A stretch of DNA of 37,420 nt from a virus (lineage: Duplodnaviria; Caudoviricetes): positions 1 to 37,420 of the IMG/VR virus record IMGVR_UViG_3300032239_000119; one strand, written 5' to 3'. A model generated the notes under the pieces. The model was not told the DNA's origin. It made no database searches and worked only from the letters and a program-made list of their open reading frames with translations. The position numbers were made by a program, and so were the translations under genes. Each line of letters starts with the position of its first letter. Position 1 is the stretch's first letter. Of the stretch, positions 26,374-33,944 are shown piece after piece.

Positions 26374-26792
26374 TGTTCCCATTATCCATTGGCGCCTATG
26401 TCCGACTCGGCGTTTCTGCTATTGCTTTACTTATCTCTGCTTATCTTGGGTATAGCTTTGAACACAGCCGATTCGTGGCTTTTAAAGCATCAATTGTGGA
26501 AGAAACAAGAAAGAAAGAAATTGAACAACAAGCCAAAACTGACGAAATAAGGAAAATTAAAGATGCTCAAATACAGTCTATCAATAATCAGCTTGCTAAT
26601 GCTCTTGTCCAGTTGCGGAACAGGCCCAGCCGTTCTGACACCACCAGCAATGGACAAGCTACCTCAGCAAGTAATGGAAGCCAACTTTTCTACGAGGATA
26701 GCACTTTTCTTACAAGGGAAGCTGCCAGAGCCGATACAATCAGAGAAGCCTTAAAAGCTTGTTATGCACAATATGATGAGATTACAAAATGA
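26373..26792 (+). CDS. Rz: Inner-membrane spanin
   Basis: N-terminal TM, coiled coil, C-terminal LKACYAQY; contains a nested lipoprotein ORF. Confidence 0.78.
   Translation: MFPLSIGAYVRLGVSAIALLISAYLGYSFEHSRFVAFKASIVEETRKKEIEQQAKTDEIRKIKDAQIQSINNQLANALVQLRNRPSRSDTTSNGQATSASNGSQLFYEDSTFLTREAARADTIREALKACYAQYDEITK
26563..26754 (+). CDS. Rz1: Outer-membrane spanin lipoprotein embedded in Rz (+1 frame)
   Basis: Signal peptide with lipobox LLSS-C; Pro-rich mature part. Confidence 0.75.
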   Translation: MLKYSLSIISLLMLLSSCGTGPAVLTPPAMDKLPQQVMEANFSTRIALFLQGKLPEPIQSEKP

Positions 26793-27331
26793 AAAAATTA
26801 TTATTTTTATTAATTTTATTTAGTCTTAATATAGAAGCTCATACTTTAGCTATTTGTCATGGGGAATATGCTTTGTGCGCTGCATCAAGCACAACTCCTA
26901 CAGGCAAAACTATGACAATTAATGGCAAAGTATTTAAAGAAGGCATGGCAGTTTGTCCTATTCTTAATGGTGCTGCTGTTGCCAATATGGATTTGATGAA
27001 TGGTTCTTGTAATTCAAAGCCTGGCAAAGTTTGGTCATTGTTTGGTGTTCCTCCTGTAACTTCTTATCCTCAAGCTCCTAGTTGGAATACAGTTCAAGCT
27101 CAATTTAGGTCATTTACTGTAGGCACAACTCCTACAACAGGCATGAGCAATATGTGGAGTTTTCCTTGTGATATTCAAGCGCAAAAGGTTAATGGTACAA
27201 AATTGGCTTCTTGTTATGGCCCAATTATGGAAAGCCCTTGGAATGGTGACCATGTAAAGCCAGGTGAAACAGCGTTTACTCAAGCTCCAGCAGGGGCAAT
27301 TTATCCTGTAGGTGGAAATATTAGTAAATGA
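26789..27331 (+). CDS. Secreted six-Cys protein of unknown function
   Basis: MKKLLFLLILFSLNIEA signal peptide; AT-rich codon usage. Confidence 0.75.
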   Translation: MKKLLFLLILFSLNIEAHTLAICHGEYALCAASSTTPTGKTMTINGKVFKEGMAVCPILNGAAVANMDLMNGSCNSKPGKVWSLFGVPPVTSYPQAPSWNTVQAQFRSFTVGTTPTTGMSNMWSFPCDIQAQKVNGTKLASCYGPIMESPWNGDHVKPGETAFTQAPAGAIYPVGGNISK

Positions 27332-27915
27332 CACCTGAACAGCTACAAGCGCTTGATATTGACGCTAAGTGGCTAGACCCACTCAACAAAGCCTTTGCAA
27401 AGTACGACATTTCAAACCCTAAAAGGCAAGCTAACTTTATAGGACAATGCGCCCATGAATCTAACAACTTTAGAACTTTGGAAGAAAATCTACATTACAG
27501 TGCCTCTGCACTTATGCGTGTATGGCCCAGTAGATTTCCTGATAACGATGTGGCTGAAAAATATGCAAATAACCCTGAAAAGATAGCGAACAAAGTCTAT
27601 GCGGGTAGGATGGGCAATACCGAGGATACTGACGGCTGGCGTTATCATGGGCGTGGTCTTATACAACTTACTGGTAAAGACAACTATGCCAACTGCGGAT
27701 CTAGTATGGGTGTGGATCTTCTTGGGGATCCTGATAGGCTGCTTGATCCTACGTATGCGGTTCTAAGCGCAGCGTGGTTTTGGGCAAAACATGGGTTAAA
27801 CCAATTAGCCGACATTGGCGATACAGTTACTCTAACCAAACGTATCAATGGCGGTACGTTAGGCTTAGATGACCGCCTGGCACGTACCAATAAAGCGCTT
27901 AAGATTCTGTCTTAG
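27328..27915 (+). CDS. Endolysin, glycoside hydrolase family 19
   Basis: A.FIGQCAHES..F..LEENL.YS, YHGRGLIQLTG..NY, SAAWFW, TKRINGG..GL.DR. Confidence 0.92.
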   Translation: MTPEQLQALDIDAKWLDPLNKAFAKYDISNPKRQANFIGQCAHESNNFRTLEENLHYSASALMRVWPSRFPDNDVAEKYANNPEKIANKVYAGRMGNTEDTDGWRYHGRGLIQLTGKDNYANCGSSMGVDLLGDPDRLLDPTYAVLSAAWFWAKHGLNQLADIGDTVTLTKRINGGTLGLDDRLARTNKALKILS

Positions 27916-28122
27916 CTACTTAATGCGTACGACTTTTGCCCGTTTTAGAGCAACTTCGTACTCTATCTTGGCGATATCATCTAATCGACGCAGTGGGAGT
28001 TCTTGGTAATATTTGTACTTGGCTTGGTATTCAGGAAGCTCTGAAGGCTTTATCCAGCCGTACAGCTTAATCCATCGTTCTTCTATATCCGTACCGCTTG
28101 CAGTCCATATATGTTCAGTCAT
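27916..28122 (-). CDS. Hypothetical protein (68 aa)
   Basis: ORF track; end of the leftward operon. Confidence 0.65.
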   Translation of the reverse strand: MTEHIWTASGTDIEERWIKLYGWIKPSELPEYQAKYKYYQELPLRRLDDIAKIEYEVALKRAKVVRIK

Positions 28123-28295
28123 TTCTCGCTCGCTTTCTTATCAGCTAGTATTTTGGGAACTGTTGGCTCTTTGTGGCCTTTCTTAATCATACAATCAAGG
28201 CAAAACCATTTATAGGTTAAGCCGCTAGCATTGTTGATATTCGTGCCAGTAGTGTTGTTTTTAGGCTGTTTACAGCTATTGCAGACGCGTAACAT
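28119..28295 (-). CDS. 58-aa Zn-ribbon-like protein (CNSC...CLDC)
   Basis: Read manually; AGGAG SD; two CxxC motifs. Confidence 0.6.
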   Translation of the reverse strand: MLRVCNSCKQPKNNTTGTNINNASGLTYKWFCLDCMIKKGHKEPTVPKILADKKASEK

Positions 28296-28432
28296 CAATT
28301 CTCCTGTGTATTGACTTCACGATAGGCTTTAAGCGCTGCTTTTAGTTCATCTTTTAGAAATTGCAACTCAACCGTAGCATCCTGGGCAAACTTCACCAAG
28401 TTCTCATGGCTCCAAGTATTAAAGTCGGTCAT
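28295..28432 (-). CDS. 45-aa hypothetical protein (MTDFNTWSHENLVKFAQDA...)
   Basis: Read manually; coupled start/stop codons. Confidence 0.6.
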   Translation of the reverse strand: MTDFNTWSHENLVKFAQDATVELQFLKDELKAALKAYREVNTQEN

Positions 28433-28623
28433 GGTTTCACCGCCATCTTTAGGATCTCAAGGCGCTCACGGGATACCCGCAAGGTGTTGTAACGCTGGTG
28501 AAGGCGTTGTAATACAGATGATCGTTTCTCACCAAACTTTTCGGCTTCCAATAACCCCCAGACATCGGCTTCAGTCATTAGAGATAACTGGCTGTTTAGC
28601 GCCCGCCAACTTAGCTGTTTCAT
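28429..28623 (-). CDS. Hypothetical protein (64 aa; RLHQRYNTLR)
   Basis: ORF track; GAGAGG SD. Confidence 0.7.
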   Translation of the reverse strand: MKQLSWRALNSQLSLMTEADVWGLLEAEKFGEKRSSVLQRLHQRYNTLRVSRERLEILKMAVKP

Positions 28624-28765
28624 TTTTAATCCTCTCTTTTATAGCTTTAATTTCTAATACCACTTTGCTTAGGTTACGCGCAGCCGTGCCATAGTTACGC
28701 ACACGGATGATGCTTTCAGCCTGTTTTAGCTTTAGCTTTGCTTTTAACTGCATTAATCTTTTCAC
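28571..28765 (-). CDS. Basic coiled-coil hypothetical protein (64 aa)
   Basis: ORF track; GAAAGG SD, GTG start. Confidence 0.55.
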   Translation of the reverse strand: MKRLMQLKAKLKLKQAESIIRVRNYGTAARNLSKVVLEIKAIKERIKNETAKLAGAKQPVISND

Positions 28766-28880
28766 TTTGTAACCTTTCTATCTCTTTAATTAAATCTCGA
28801 ATCATTAATTCAATATTGGTGCTTGGCGCGTATTCGGCGATGTCGTCAGCCAATTTTTTTGCTTCGTCTATTAACTTCAT
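28716..28880 (-). CDS. 54-aa hypothetical protein (MKLIDEAKKLADDIAE...)
   Basis: Read manually; AAGGAAGG SD. Confidence 0.55.
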   Translation of the reverse strand: MKLIDEAKKLADDIAEYAPSTNIELMIRDLIKEIERLQSEKINAVKSKAKAKTG

Positions 28881-28896
28881 TTGTCTTGTGCCTTCC

Positions 28897-29061
28897 TTAA
28901 TTTGTTATATATGTAGCTTCTTTACCAATAAAACTAGGCATTTCACTTTTAATTGCCATTTCAACCATATCGTCTGCAATCTCCAGAGCAATACCATAGC
29001 CTTCTGTTGTCATAGTAATTTTGTCGGTATCATCAACCTCAATAAGAATTGTGGCTTTCAT
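28897..29061 (-). CDS. 54-aa acidic hypothetical protein (MKATILIEVDD...)
   Basis: Read manually; GGAGG SD; ATGA overlap with the helicase stop. Confidence 0.6.
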   Translation of the reverse strand: MKATILIEVDDTDKITMTTEGYGIALEIADDMVEMAIKSEMPSFIGKEATYITN

Positions 29062-30392
29062 TTCAATTCCTCCAATGCAATATCACTTAATGCCCGTTTA
29101 TCTTTAAGGGCGTCCCAAATCCTCAAATCAATCGTTTTGTTGGTCAATAAGAGGTAAACCCATACATCATGCTTTTGACCGCTGCGGTGCAAGCGGCCTA
29201 CGGTCTGCTCATACAACTCAAGACTCCAAGGCAAGGATACAAAGACCATTTTGCTACCGCCATGTTGAAGGTTTAAGCCATGACCGGCTGACTTAGGGTG
29301 AATCAGTAGCAGTTCAATCTTGCCTTCGTTCCAGCGCTCAATAGCCTTAAAGTCATTGATTGTCTGTGCATTAGGATACCGACGCTTGAGTTCAGCTAGT
29401 TCTTCCACGTAGTTGTAAACAATGATGGTATTGTCGTGCTGGTTTTCCTCGATCAATTCGTCTAGCAAGTCAAACTTGTGGGTGCTAAACCAGATGGGCG
29501 TCTTGGTGACATTCATGCGCCCTGGGCGATTAGATGCGGTTGTAACCGTTTCATAGACCCATCCACCTGCCATCTGTTGCAACTTGCCTGTAACTACACC
29601 TGCATTGACAGCGGTGATCTGCACGTCCTTAAACTCAATAACAAAGTCCTTTTTCATCTTTTCGTATGGGGCGCGGTCAGCTAAGTCACACTTCATCTCG
29701 ACTGTATGGCATGGCGGGAGCTTGTCAGCGTAATCGCCAGCGTCTAACAGGAATGTTACAGGTTTAATCTTTTCCATGACTTTTCCTAATGAGCCTACCC
29801 GTGGCTCCCAATCGCCAAAGTCCTTATTGACCAAGACGAAATACTGTTGCATGAACGCGCCTTTGGCACGTCCTAATAGGTTCTGATCGACTATCTTGCA
29901 TTGTCCAAAGACATCTTCTAAGCCGTTAGACGTGAAAGAGCCGGTCAAGCCCCAGCGAATGTTGATCTTGTCTACTACCTTAGCCAATGCTTTAAAGCGT
30001 TTGCCTGATGGATTTTTGAGCTTGGTTAGTTCGTCAAACACAATGCCATCAAAGTTCAACTCTTGTTCTGACAACCATTGAATGTTGTCGTAGTTAGTTA
30101 CCACTACGGGAAAACCCGAATGTAGGGCTTGTAATCGTTGCGATGGCGTACCAACGGCAACTGCCAAAGGCATATCACTTGCCCATTTATTTTGTTCTAT
30201 AGGCCACACATCGGTACAGACCCGCTTAGGAGCCAGCACAAGCCACCGCTTGACGAATCCTTTGCGTAGCATATCCTCCATCGCCGTCAGCGTTAGCGCC
30301 GTCTTGCCAGCGCCCACAGGGGCAAGGATCATCGCCCGATCATTCTCAAACAAAAAGTCGGCGGCGCTGTTCTGATAATCCCTTAACTTCAT
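29058..30392 (-). CDS. SNF2-family DNA helicase
   Basis: APVGAGKT, VFDELT, LTGS, SAGHGLNLQ, QTVGRLHRSGQ. Confidence 0.92.
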   Translation of the reverse strand: MKLRDYQNSAADFLFENDRAMILAPVGAGKTALTLTAMEDMLRKGFVKRWLVLAPKRVCTDVWPIEQNKWASDMPLAVAVGTPSQRLQALHSGFPVVVTNYDNIQWLSEQELNFDGIVFDELTKLKNPSGKRFKALAKVVDKINIRWGLTGSFTSNGLEDVFGQCKIVDQNLLGRAKGAFMQQYFVLVNKDFGDWEPRVGSLGKVMEKIKPVTFLLDAGDYADKLPPCHTVEMKCDLADRAPYEKMKKDFVIEFKDVQITAVNAGVVTGKLQQMAGGWVYETVTTASNRPGRMNVTKTPIWFSTHKFDLLDELIEENQHDNTIIVYNYVEELAELKRRYPNAQTINDFKAIERWNEGKIELLLIHPKSAGHGLNLQHGGSKMVFVSLPWSLELYEQTVGRLHRSGQKHDVWVYLLLTNKTIDLRIWDALKDKRALSDIALEELK

Positions 30393-31510
30393 AGCTTGCT
30401 AACCATATCAATTCCATCACCAATCCATTGCATGACAGGCACCGCCATTGAGTTGCCAAGGGCTTTGTAACGTAATCCTTCAGGTGACGTGTCTTTTTTA
30501 CGCCACGGAATGTTAGTAAAGCCGTCAGGAAAACCCTGCAAACGCTCGCATTCAGTAGGCGTCAAACGACGCACTTTGACTGAATCCGCTACAAACGTCT
30601 GAGCATGATGTGATTGAACCGATGGGCGCAATGCTTGTAATGCAGGCGTTACAGTCAATGGTGTAGCGCTAAACGTATTGGCGCCTGCGTCCTCACGGAT
30701 TGAATATGCCTCAACAATAGGCACATTGCCCCCGCCTGTACCCCAACGGCTAGTGACAGTTTGACAAGTTTCACCCATCTCTCTGACACGGCTGTCGGCA
30801 GGGTGGGTTTCGTAAACCTTTTGGACTAGGAAGGTTTCGCTTCCTCCACCGAGGACTCCACCGCTTGCCTTAAGGGTTCCTCCAATATCTCCCTCGCGGT
30901 ATTGAGCAAGGCTACTTTCAAAGTATGCGGAAGGTTCTTTCCCCTGCGGTGCGCTCGGCGCAAGATCCCGGCGCAGGCTATATCGCTCAAATAATACTGC
31001 GGCGGCAGGTCGCCAATCTCCAAGGTGTCCGACAACAAAGACACGACGCCTTCGCTGTGCCACTCCACAGTATTGAGCGTCAAGCACTCGGTAGCTGAAC
31101 CCATACCCGAGTTGAGCCACCGCCCCGAGGAAGGAACCAAAGTCCCGTCCGCCTGAGCTTGACAGGACACCTGGGACGTTTTCCCAGACAAACCAGTTCG
31201 GTCTAAAGTGGTCAAGCATTCCGCAATAGACGAGTGCCAAGTTACCACGTGGGTCATCCATTCCTTTCCGCAGGCCTGCGACTGAGAAAGATTGACAGGG
31301 AGTTCCTCCAACGAGAAGGTCAATTGATCCATCTAAATTCCACTCCTTATATTTGGTCATATCACCAAAATTGGTGACATCGGGATAGTGATGCGCTAAT
31401 ACGGCTGATGGGAACGGCTCGATCTCGGAAAAGCCCGCAGGCTTCCAACCTAGATCGTGCCAAGCCATCGTGGCCGCTTCGATACCGCTACAAACAGATA
31501 GGTATTTCAT
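30389..31510 (-). CDS. DNA cytosine-5 methyltransferase (alpha-like chain)
   Basis: CSGIEA (I), GGTPCQSFS (IV), WENVPG (VI), QRRRRVF (VIII), RRLTP.ECERLQGFP, YKALGNS (X). Confidence 0.93.
   Translation of the reverse strand: MKYLSVCSGIEAATMAWHDLGWKPAGFSEIEPFPSAVLAHHYPDVTNFGDMTKYKEWNLDGSIDLLVGGTPCQSFSVAGLRKGMDDPRGNLALVYCGMLDHFRPNWFVWENVPGVLSSSGGRDFGSFLGAVAQLGYGFSYRVLDAQYCGVAQRRRRVFVVGHLGDWRPAAAVLFERYSLRRDLAPSAPQGKEPSAYFESSLAQYREGDIGGTLKASGGVLGGGSETFLVQKVYETHPADSRVREMGETCQTVTSRWGTGGGNVPIVEAYSIREDAGANTFSATPLTVTPALQALRPSVQSHHAQTFVADSVKVRRLTPTECERLQGFPDGFTNIPWRKKDTSPEGLRYKALGNSMAVPVMQWIGDGIDMVSKL
30826..31332 (-). CDS. Nested alternative-frame polypeptide resembling the M.EcoHK31I beta subunit
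   Basis: Own AAGGAG SD; SS.RW.NSGM, LSD.LE, YYLS..AC.GILRRA.RRGK.LP..L motifs. Confidence 0.7.
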   Translation of the reverse strand: MDQLTFSLEELPVNLSQSQACGKEWMTHVVTWHSSIAECLTTLDRTGLSGKTSQVSCQAQADGTLVPSSGRWLNSGMGSATECLTLNTVEWHSEGVVSLLSDTLEIGDLPPQYYLSDIACAGILRRAHRRGKNLPHTLKVALLNTAREILEEPLRQAVESSVEEAKPS

Positions 31511-31809
31511 AATTTAATCTTCGCTGACCATTCATTGATAGCATCGGCGGTATTCAATAGGGCGTAGCGTTGTTTTAAATCCACCATAGACTCCGCAAAT
31601 AGCTCTTGCATGGGGGCTAATACAGCACCTTTAGGGCGCTTAAGCTCTACAAACCATGTTTGCCCATTAGGTAGGCAGGCAATACGATCCGCTACCCCAC
31701 GTTGCGTAGTTGTTTTAAACTTAAAGGTTCTACCTTTCATTAGCGCCACTTGCCATAGGAAGTAAGCCTCAATTTCGTGTTCTTTTAAAACTTTAGTTTT
31801 TCTTGTCAT
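31507..31809 (-). CDS. VRR-NUC domain nuclease
   Basis: E..IE, GVADR, FVELKRP.G, Q motif. Confidence 0.88.
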   Translation of the reverse strand: MTRKTKVLKEHEIEAYFLWQVALMKGRTFKFKTTTQRGVADRIACLPNGQTWFVELKRPKGAVLAPMQELFAESMVDLKQRYALLNTADAINEWSAKIKL

Positions 31810-31815
31810 GTTGTA

Positions 31816-31866
31816 AATATATCATGTAAAAAAGATTTGCACAATTATTTATTTATGGTGTATAGT
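31816..31866. promoter_or_regulatory. Divergent overlapping sigma70 promoters: minus TTGTGC-17-TATATT (31844-31816), plus TTGCAC-18-TATAGT (31837-31866)
   Basis: AT-rich intergenic region between divergent operons. Confidence 0.65.
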
Positions 31867-31899
31867 GGAATCTCAGTCAACTAAAGTAAAGGAATCAAG

Positions 31900-33036
31900 A
31901 TGGAACTCACGAAACATTCTTCAATCGTTGGTGGCTCTACAGCCAAGCGCGTCATCGGTTGCCCAGGCTCAGTAGCCTTGTGCGCCAAGATGCCACCTAA
32001 GCCTAGTAGCAAGTACGCTGACGAAGGCACCCTTCTACATAACGTCATGGATGTCATTCTCTCGACAGGTCAAACGCCTGAGTCTTGCATTGGCATGGTC
32101 TATGAAGGTATCAAATTGACTGATGAGCTAATCAATGAGAAAGTGTACCCAGCGTTAGCCGCTTTAGATGCCGTTGATCCTAATAAGGAGATGGAATATG
32201 CAACTGAAACTCGTGTTGGCTTTGGTGATCTTTTGCCTGGCGTGTTTGGTAGTACCGATTTGCTTGGTCGTATTGGGAAACGGGCTTTCATACTGGATTG
32301 GAAGTTCGGTAGCGGAGTACCGGTGGATGCAGAAGATAACCCACAACTGATGTTCTATGCGGCGGCGGCTATGCGTACGCCTGAAGTGCAGTGGGTCTTT
32401 GAAGATGTAGAAGAAATCGAGTGCATCATCGTGCAACCACCATCTGTAAAGCGTTGGGTTACAGATAAGAAGCGTATCAAAGCCTTTGAACAAGAGCTAT
32501 TGATGGCTGTCAAGATTGCACAACTACCTGATGCGCCCATCAACATCGGCGATCATTGCCGTTGGTGCGCTGCCAAGCCGACTTGCCCTAAGATGACAGG
32601 CGCAGTAGACCGCGCTTTACACGCGCAGATTGACATTCTCAACGTAGCGCAGATCAGCAACTACTTGCGTCAAGCTGACACGCTAGAACAATGGATTACA
32701 GACCTACGCGCCCTAGCGCATCAAGTCTTAGAAGTAGGCAAACCTATCCCTGGCTATAAGCTAGTGGCTAAGAGAGCCATTCGCCAATGGGGTGACGAAG
32801 ATCAAGCCTTAGTAGCTATGCTCAACGAGGGTATTCCCGAAGATGAACTGACTACAGTTAAGATCATCTCCCCTGCTCAGGCAGAAAAAGTATTGAAAAA
32901 GCATGGCAAGCAATTGCCTGCCAATCAAGTAGTAGCAGTAAGCAGTGGCAGTACGTTAGCCGAGGAATCAGATCCAAGGCCTGCGGTATTACAACTAGGC
33001 AACGTGTTAAACAATGCCTTTTCTAAACTTCAATAA
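31900..33036 (+). CDS. Cas4-like PD-(D/E)xK exonuclease (DUF2800-like)
   Basis: CPGS, EGTLLH, GSTD, LDWKFG, QL.FYA, CRWC.....C Fe-S ligands. Confidence 0.88.
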   Translation: MELTKHSSIVGGSTAKRVIGCPGSVALCAKMPPKPSSKYADEGTLLHNVMDVILSTGQTPESCIGMVYEGIKLTDELINEKVYPALAALDAVDPNKEMEYATETRVGFGDLLPGVFGSTDLLGRIGKRAFILDWKFGSGVPVDAEDNPQLMFYAAAAMRTPEVQWVFEDVEEIECIIVQPPSVKRWVTDKKRIKAFEQELLMAVKIAQLPDAPINIGDHCRWCAAKPTCPKMTGAVDRALHAQIDILNVAQISNYLRQADTLEQWITDLRALAHQVLEVGKPIPGYKLVAKRAIRQWGDEDQALVAMLNEGIPEDELTTVKIISPAQAEKVLKKHGKQLPANQVVAVSSGSTLAEESDPRPAVLQLGNVLNNAFSKLQ

Positions 33037-33047
33037 GGAATCAAATA

Positions 33048-33704
33048 ATGTCAAATATCACTACATTCTCAGGTGCAAACCTACCATCAGTACAGTCATT
33101 AGCAACAGCGTTACGTACCATTGAAACCGATGTTGGCGGTGCTGGCACAGTCATCATCAAGATGGACAAGACAGGTCATTGGGTATTCGGTGCAGATCAG
33201 ACCGAGATCGAAGATGACGCATCTTGGGCAGTTAATCCTTTCTCATTCGTTCACGGCTATATTGCGTGGGGTGATGGTGAAGTGTTGGCTGAGAAGATGG
33301 TTAGCGTAAGCCAGCCCTTACCTGAACTCGAAGCAGCGCCTCCTGGTGCTAAGAAGGGTTGGGAAACTCAAGTTGGTATGTCTATCAAATGCTTAACTGG
33401 TGCTGACGCCAACATGGAAGCGCGCTACACCACTACTTCGGTAGGCGGTAAGAAAGCGGTTCAAGCATTAGCAGTAGCAATTGCAACGCAAGTAGAGAAA
33501 GATCAAGACAAGCCTGTGCCTGTCGTAGTGCTTGGTAAAGAACACTACACACACAAGTCTTATGGTCGCATCTATACGCCTATGTTTGCAGTACAAGAGT
33601 GGGCGGGTATGGATGGTAAAGCGCCAACTGAGCCAAACCTAGAGATTGAATCTGCGTTTGAGGAAGAAGCTAAACCAGCACGTCGCCGTCGTTCAGGAGC
33701 TTAA
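33048..33704 (+). CDS. Putative ssDNA-binding protein
   Basis: Between exonuclease and polymerase; G.W.FG, Y.HK.YG.IY.P; acidic then basic tail. Confidence 0.65.
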   Translation: MSNITTFSGANLPSVQSLATALRTIETDVGGAGTVIIKMDKTGHWVFGADQTEIEDDASWAVNPFSFVHGYIAWGDGEVLAEKMVSVSQPLPELEAAPPGAKKGWETQVGMSIKCLTGADANMEARYTTTSVGGKKAVQALAVAIATQVEKDQDKPVPVVVLGKEHYTHKSYGRIYTPMFAVQEWAGMDGKAPTEPNLEIESAFEEEAKPARRRRSGA

Positions 33705-33706
33705 TT

Positions 33707-33868
33707 ATGTCTATTAAACTAGACCTTACGATTGAAGAAGTGAACGGTATTCTCGTTGCGTTGGGCAAAGCGCCCTATGAGATGGCTCAACCGATCATTG
33801 ACAAGATCAAGTTGCAAGGTATTCCACAAGTGCAACCAGTTACGCCTGTTGAAACAGTAGCAGAGTAA
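33707..33868 (+). CDS. 53-aa hypothetical protein (MSIKLDLTIEEVNGILVALGKAPY...)
   Basis: Read manually; AGGAG SD. Confidence 0.7.
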   Translation: MSIKLDLTIEEVNGILVALGKAPYEMAQPIIDKIKLQGIPQVQPVTPVETVAE

Positions 33869-33874
33869 AGAATA

Positions 33875-33940
33875 GGGGCGGCTGACACTATTCAGCACGA
33901 TATCTCTACGAGAGAAGTCTAAAAAGACTGTCGCCCCACC
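33875..33940 (+). ncRNA. Predicted four-way-junction structured RNA leader of the polymerase gene
   Basis: Outer stem GGGGCG/CGCCCC enclosing GCTGA/TCAGC, TCTCT/AGAGA and AGTCT/AGACT hairpins. Confidence 0.55.
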
Positions 33941-33944
33941 TACC

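Noticed and set aside
31900-33036. CRISPR-Cas system implied by the Cas4-like gene
   Set aside because: Solo Cas4-like nucleases are standard in phage replication modules; no cas1/cas2 or array
33875-33940. Canonical tRNA gene
   Set aside because: No TTCGA T-loop, no 7-nt anticodon loop, too short
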